A stretch of DNA of 64,000 nucleotides from Eledone cirrhosa (lineage: Eukaryota). Under the pieces are notes generated by a model that saw nothing but the letters and a program-made list of their open reading frames with translations, was not told where the DNA came from and did not search any database. Of the stretch, positions 58,211 through 64,000 are shown piece after piece. Position 1 is the first letter of the stretch. Each line of letters begins with the position of its first letter. The position numbers were made by a program, and so were the translations under genes. Where the stretch lies: the NCBI GenBank assembly GCA_964016885.1, contig OZ024742.1, positions 89,962,001-90,026,000 on the forward strand, in the 5' to 3' direction.

Positions 58211-58215
<5 letters not shown>
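56365..58215 (+). mobile_element. PLE 3' part (GIY-YIG remnant, long AT-rich 3' UTR, pLTR)
   Basis: NCNWPVNNKCPLNNHCLEKNLIYECKV..CNLCLCEK. pLTR at ~57850-58215. Confidence 0.8.
58110..58180 (+). ncRNA. Type I hammerhead ribozyme (pLTR)
   Basis: tattttat-CTGACGA-aaacgcagatgtcatc..gatgatatttgatttt-GAAA-tgcgcata^ataaaata. Confidence 0.8.
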
Positions 58216-58278
<63 letters not shown>

Positions 58279-58289
58279 GGGCTTTTTTT

Positions 58290-59255
58290 CAAGTACTGAA
58301 AATTGTTTCATTGATCGCGTGAGTCTAGAGGTCGCTAATCGCTTGACGTTGCGTCACTCGATCTCCATTACATTATTTACCTCTGTTCAACACATCAGAG
58401 TACGTAGATATAAAAATAATTCACTCGAGGCAAGATATATATAGAAGCGTAGCGTATAATCAAAACAATAACATCAATAATAAAATATATATGGTAAATA
58501 GGTAGAGAAGTTACAGATGTAAAAAGTTAAAAGTAAAAGATAAGGTAAGATACATTAAAAAATTAAGAAAATAAGAAAATGGAAAATATAAAGAAATAAA
58601 TAAGGATAACTGAAAGCATGTAAGTACAGAGTATGTTTGTCGTGGTGGTGAGTAAGTGTTCTTATAAGGATTCTTTAGTGGGTTTAGTGCTAATATGAAA
58701 AGTCAAATTTGAAACATTCATAGATAAATGTAGAGAGTCTGATGTCGTGGCAGATAAAAGAAAAAAGAAAAGCAATAAATTAGAGATTAATTGGGGGATA
58801 CAAGTATGAGATTTAAGAGCTAGGGGCAGATTGTGAAGGGAGGTTTGACAAACGTGTGTGGTAATTGTTTTGCTGATTGTCTTGTCTTAATAGGGTTGAT
58901 GCTGTTTCAGGGAAAGAGGGTGAAAGAGATGTTCAGAGATTTATGATCCAGTTACCAGTTGGCCTTTTGAAAGCTGATAGCAGTGTGATGGTGTGTATTC
59001 CATATGCTAAAGTCCAGGTGGTTCAGTTCTAATTTTGGGATTACTGGTTCGAATCACGGTGGTTTGAAGTTTGTGAATCTGGTAGCTATTTTATGCCTAC
59101 AGAAAATTGATCTTTCTAATTTGCTGTTAAGCAGCATCTTATCGTACCTTAAAATATGGAGTAGTTCTAAATTACAAAGTCCGCATTGGGACATTCCGTT
59201 GCTGTAGGCCCTTGCTACCGATAATTTTGACCAGCTAATCTTATATTCTTGGTTT
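58290..59255 (-). mobile_element. PLE 3' fragment related to 1-830
   Basis: QEYKISWSKLS..CGLCNLELLHILRYDKMLLNSKLERSIFCRHK. Confidence 0.75.
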
Positions 59256-59284
59256 ATATATATATATATAAATATATATATGTA

Positions 59285-59640
59285 TGTAAAAGAAGGTAAA
59301 CGGAAATAATAACACAATCGGTACAGTATATGGAAGGTATATATTAGGTTAACGCTTGATATAGCAGGAACAGGGTCTTAACGTTTCGGACGCTACTCCT
59401 TCATCAGAAGAAAGAATGAGAAATAAAATAGATTGAGGGGACGGGCGGGATGGAATTGGAAAAAATGTCTTTAGATAAAAATAACAGGTCCATTCCTGTT
59501 GACATCTCTTGCAAAACTGTTGGTGCAGGCGTTTTGTGTATGATTTGTTTTTTTAGAAAAGTGGATGATGGAGCGCGTCTACCTAAAATGGAAAAAACCG
59601 TTTTGTAAAAAGAGTTTTACTTGAGCACGTGCGTAAGCAT
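59285..59640 (-). mobile_element. Solo pLTR-like unit with minimal hammerhead (59377-59410)
   Basis: Reverse complement reads cttctgatgaaggagtagcgtccgaaacgttaag. Confidence 0.72.
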
Positions 59641-59646
59641 GTGTTT

Positions 59647-59739
<93 letters not shown>

Positions 59740-60112
59740 ATATGTCCGTACGAAGCTAAGAAGAAATGTGTGTGTATATGTGAGTAAAAGAGTGTGTGTG
59801 CATGTATGTACGAAGCTATGAGCAAAATTATGTTAATATAAGGGTGTGTATCGGCATGTATTAGTTGTAAGAGAAGCTGGTAATGATCAAGAGAAAGTGA
59901 TATTTGGCAGGTGAACAGTGAGCTGTACTGATAAAGGGTTATACCTAGAAACATTAGTGTCTGCAGTTCTGTTTACATACCAACACAAGAGCAAGAATTA
60001 AGGGTTCATTTACTGACATGGCTATAAAAATGAGGCTTGTTTGAATAATTGCAAACGAATCGAATGTTATTATTAATATTCGAAAAAGTCAGATTACATT
60101 TATATATATATA

Positions 60113-60184
<72 letters not shown>

Positions 60185-60429
60185 CGTTTAAATTTGGTGG
60201 TTTACCAATGGATAGAATTGGTCATTCTCAAATTTTAATCATGACGTAATATGAGAAAAGCACTCGACGTTTGCAACTCTTCCATCTTCAATGTTGAATC
60301 TTGCTGGTGATCCGGGAACAGAGTAAATGTATTATAAAGTGAAGTGACAGGAGGCCAAATATGTTGAATTTCCTTAATTTCTTATTACTGTAAACAGTCC
60401 TTAAATTAGCCCCCCCCCCCCCCCCCCAT

Positions 60430-60652
60430 CCCACGTAAACTTGAGTTGATGAATCTATCGCAATGTTGCTACAACATGCATTCGCTACTCCTCCTCTAGC
60501 AATAAAGCACCAGCGCAACATAATTTAGCATTCCTCTCAAATACTATACTTCCACAGCAAACAGGACTCGTGAATCCATTTTTGGATAAAATCTGGGATT
60601 CACAGCAAATTTGGGTCACATTGTTATAAACCTGGGTGGGTACCACAATAAC
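60430..60652 (-). pseudogene. Frameshifted, truncated paralogue of the galaxin-like exon
   Basis: Same acceptor context (aatattaacattcg..ttttag|gtt). GYCGT then a 4-bp cacc insertion; QICCESQILSKNGFTSPVCCGS..LCCAG, a second frameshift, NACCSN, then similarity ends at a G-run. Confidence 0.82.
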
Positions 60653-60757
60653 CTAAAATAAAAATAAAAAATAACGAATGTTAATATTGGTTAAATTTAG
60701 CAACGATATTAGTAAAATTGACACACATTCACACTTGATGTATATTTTTATATGTGT

Positions 60758-60827
<70 letters not shown>

Positions 60828-61430
60828 ATGTGTGTGTGTGTGTGTGTGCGTAGATAGAACGAGAGAGAGTGAGAGAGATATTTAAACAACTTAAACATCC
60901 GTATGTTGTAGCGCCCACAACGGTGTTGGGGAGAACAAAGTTCCTGCTTTTCGAGCCAGTTCATCTCATTAACAATCGTATCACACCGTCTATTGATTTG
61001 TAATTGGCATCTGGGTTGCTCCATTATACCTAATAATTTGTTTCGGGCATCAGTATTTAAAGTAAGGCCGGGCAAAGGTAGAAAAAAGGAGAAATTTACT
61101 ATAACAACGGGTGGAGTGCGGGACTGTGTCTTGTTTATATATTTTGTTTTTATCCGGTTAGTAAAATAAGTTGGATTACTTTAAATAAATAATTGTTTCT
61201 ACTTTTGGGACAAGGCCAGTAATTACCCAGTGCATTACTGGTACTTTATTTTGAATAAATAATGAATGAATATTATATAATTCATGTACTAAATTTCGTA
61301 ACTCTTCATTAAACATAAATAATTTGATTGCTTATTCCAAGATTCATTTCTTTTAGAAAATTCAAATTTCAACTTCTGGTATAAACATTTTGCTGGAAAG
61401 TTAGGTTCGTTAGTCAGTATGTGTATGTAT

Positions 61431-61617
61431 AATAATTGTTTCTACTTTTGGCACAAGGCCAGCAATTATACCAGTGTATTACTGTTACTTTATTTTATCG
61501 ACCTCGTAAGGAAGAAAGGCAAAGTTAACCTCGGCGGGATTTGAACTCAGATCATAAAGCGCCGTAACTCTATACTGCAAAGCATGGCGTCCTCCCTCTA
61601 CCGATTCTGCCAATTCG
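61431..61617 (-). mobile_element. tRNA-derived SINE (family of 8527-8704)
   Basis: Colinear match including the B-box (gggatttgaactcag on +). Confidence 0.8.
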
Positions 61618-61639
61618 TGTTAGATCTTCATTACATTTG

Positions 61640-61880
61640 CTTCTGCAACTCAGAATGAAAAAATGTTTCTGAAAGTCATGGGAGCTGTACTGTTTTCTGA
61701 TTTCGTAGGCATGCCGACATGTGTTAGACACATGAAATTCAAAAAGGTGTTGTTGTTGGCAAGATGGTTCATAATTTTATGGTGACTACCAAGTCAGGTG
61801 CCAGACATCGAAGCTTTAATGTATCCATGCCCAGGGTAGAAAGACATTCAGAGCAATGAAAATTATTGTGTACAGCGCTC
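61640..61880 (-). mobile_element. CR1/L2-type LINE 3' remnant
   Basis: By-eye translation LSTLGMDTLKLRCLA.DL, then FF.LRVAE-like segment. Confidence 0.45.
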
Positions 61881-62058
61881 AGGTGCATTATAACTATTGT
61901 TCTTCTTCTTTGATTTTTATAAAGTTAGTATCACTAAACCTAATCCTTATCAACTACTACTACAACCACCACCCCCATTACCACCGCTTCAACTACCATA
62001 TATATAGACAGAGCGGGAAAGAAAAAGAGAGACAAATAGATAGAGTGCCAATGTGACA

Positions 62059-63104
<1,046 letters not shown>

Positions 63105-64000
63105 ATAAAATAACAGGAGGCTGGACTGGTGTAATTCCTTAAAAGGTTTATTATACTATGATCATTTCAATGACCGGTTTCAGTACGAATCCGGTGATAT
63201 CATCAGTTATTCGAAATATATCAAAGGAATATAATAGACAAAATCCATGGGGCTGAAAATATTTTCAGGCCTTTTGGGATTCACTTTGGATATTCAGACT
63301 CGAACATACACTAGGTATCACCTGATACCATTCCTACTCTTCCATCCTGTATATCTATATGTATAACATTGCATTCCCCAACCGTGCTATATATTGCCCA
63401 TTTACTGCACCTTGATCTGTATTTTATTTCTTCTGTATTGTGATTTCTTCGATATGTTCTTATATACTTCCTTTTTACTCCATACATCACCACCCTAGGT
63501 ATGACTGCATTTTGTATTTTACTTATGGTTTTATTTATGTATTTATTTACTCCCTTTGCTCTCCTTATATACGTATCCTTGTACTCATTAGCACACGACC
63601 CTAGAATATTACTCTCTGTACCCTGTCTATCTTTATTCACTCCCCCTACCCACCCAGGAATCACACTACGTATAACCCGGACTAACTATAGCCTATTTGC
63701 ACATTTCATCAGATTTTATCACTTTGAACTTCACGTCACGGGTGAGAATAACTAATAATCGTTTGGTACACGCGATGATCCGACTGATGTGGCGGCTTTT
63801 CCGACTGCACACCAGTCGCTTGGGTCGATCAACCTTCCTTGAGTGCTTGGAAAAATAAATTTCCCCTTCTTTCGGTAAACGAAAATACTCGGAACGGCTG
63901 CTTCGCCCAAGGGCCCTGTCTGACTTGGAACCCGACGCGACACCGGTTATTGACCGCCAAACCGTACCTTTAAATTCTAGACTTAATCATAACTTTTAAT

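Noticed and set aside
63750-64000. CpG-rich segment with ctgatg and gaaa motifs
   Set aside because: No valid hammerhead core or recognisable coding motif, and it is cut by the window edge.

Overview
Repeat-saturated, AT-rich animal genomic DNA, most consistent with an octopus/cephalopod (inferred from the SINE type, huge (TA)n tracts and a galaxin-like gene). The only host coding sequence I can support is an intact terminal exon of a galaxin-like di-cysteine-repeat protein with a Pro-rich tail (45669-46315, +), plus a frameshifted inverted copy (~60430-60652, -). Almost everything else is decayed mobile DNA: many Penelope-like element (PLE; RT + GIY-YIG) fragments from several families, Helitron-type elements, tRNA-type SINEs and RTE/CR1/CRE LINE remnants. 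The hidden signal is RNA-level. By eye the window holds about 28 intact or near-intact type I hammerhead ribozyme (HHR) motifs plus a dozen or so decayed ones. Three non-coding tandem-unit families each carry one HHR per unit (467 bp x ~7 apparently identical copies at 23096-26380; ~431 bp; ~657 bp). They look like retrozymes (ribozyme-processed circular-RNA retroelements) that insert into (TA)n tracts as fold-back arrays. The inversion point of the 467-bp array falls on the predicted self-cleavage site. All alignment and folding was done by eye; boundaries of decayed elements are approximate.
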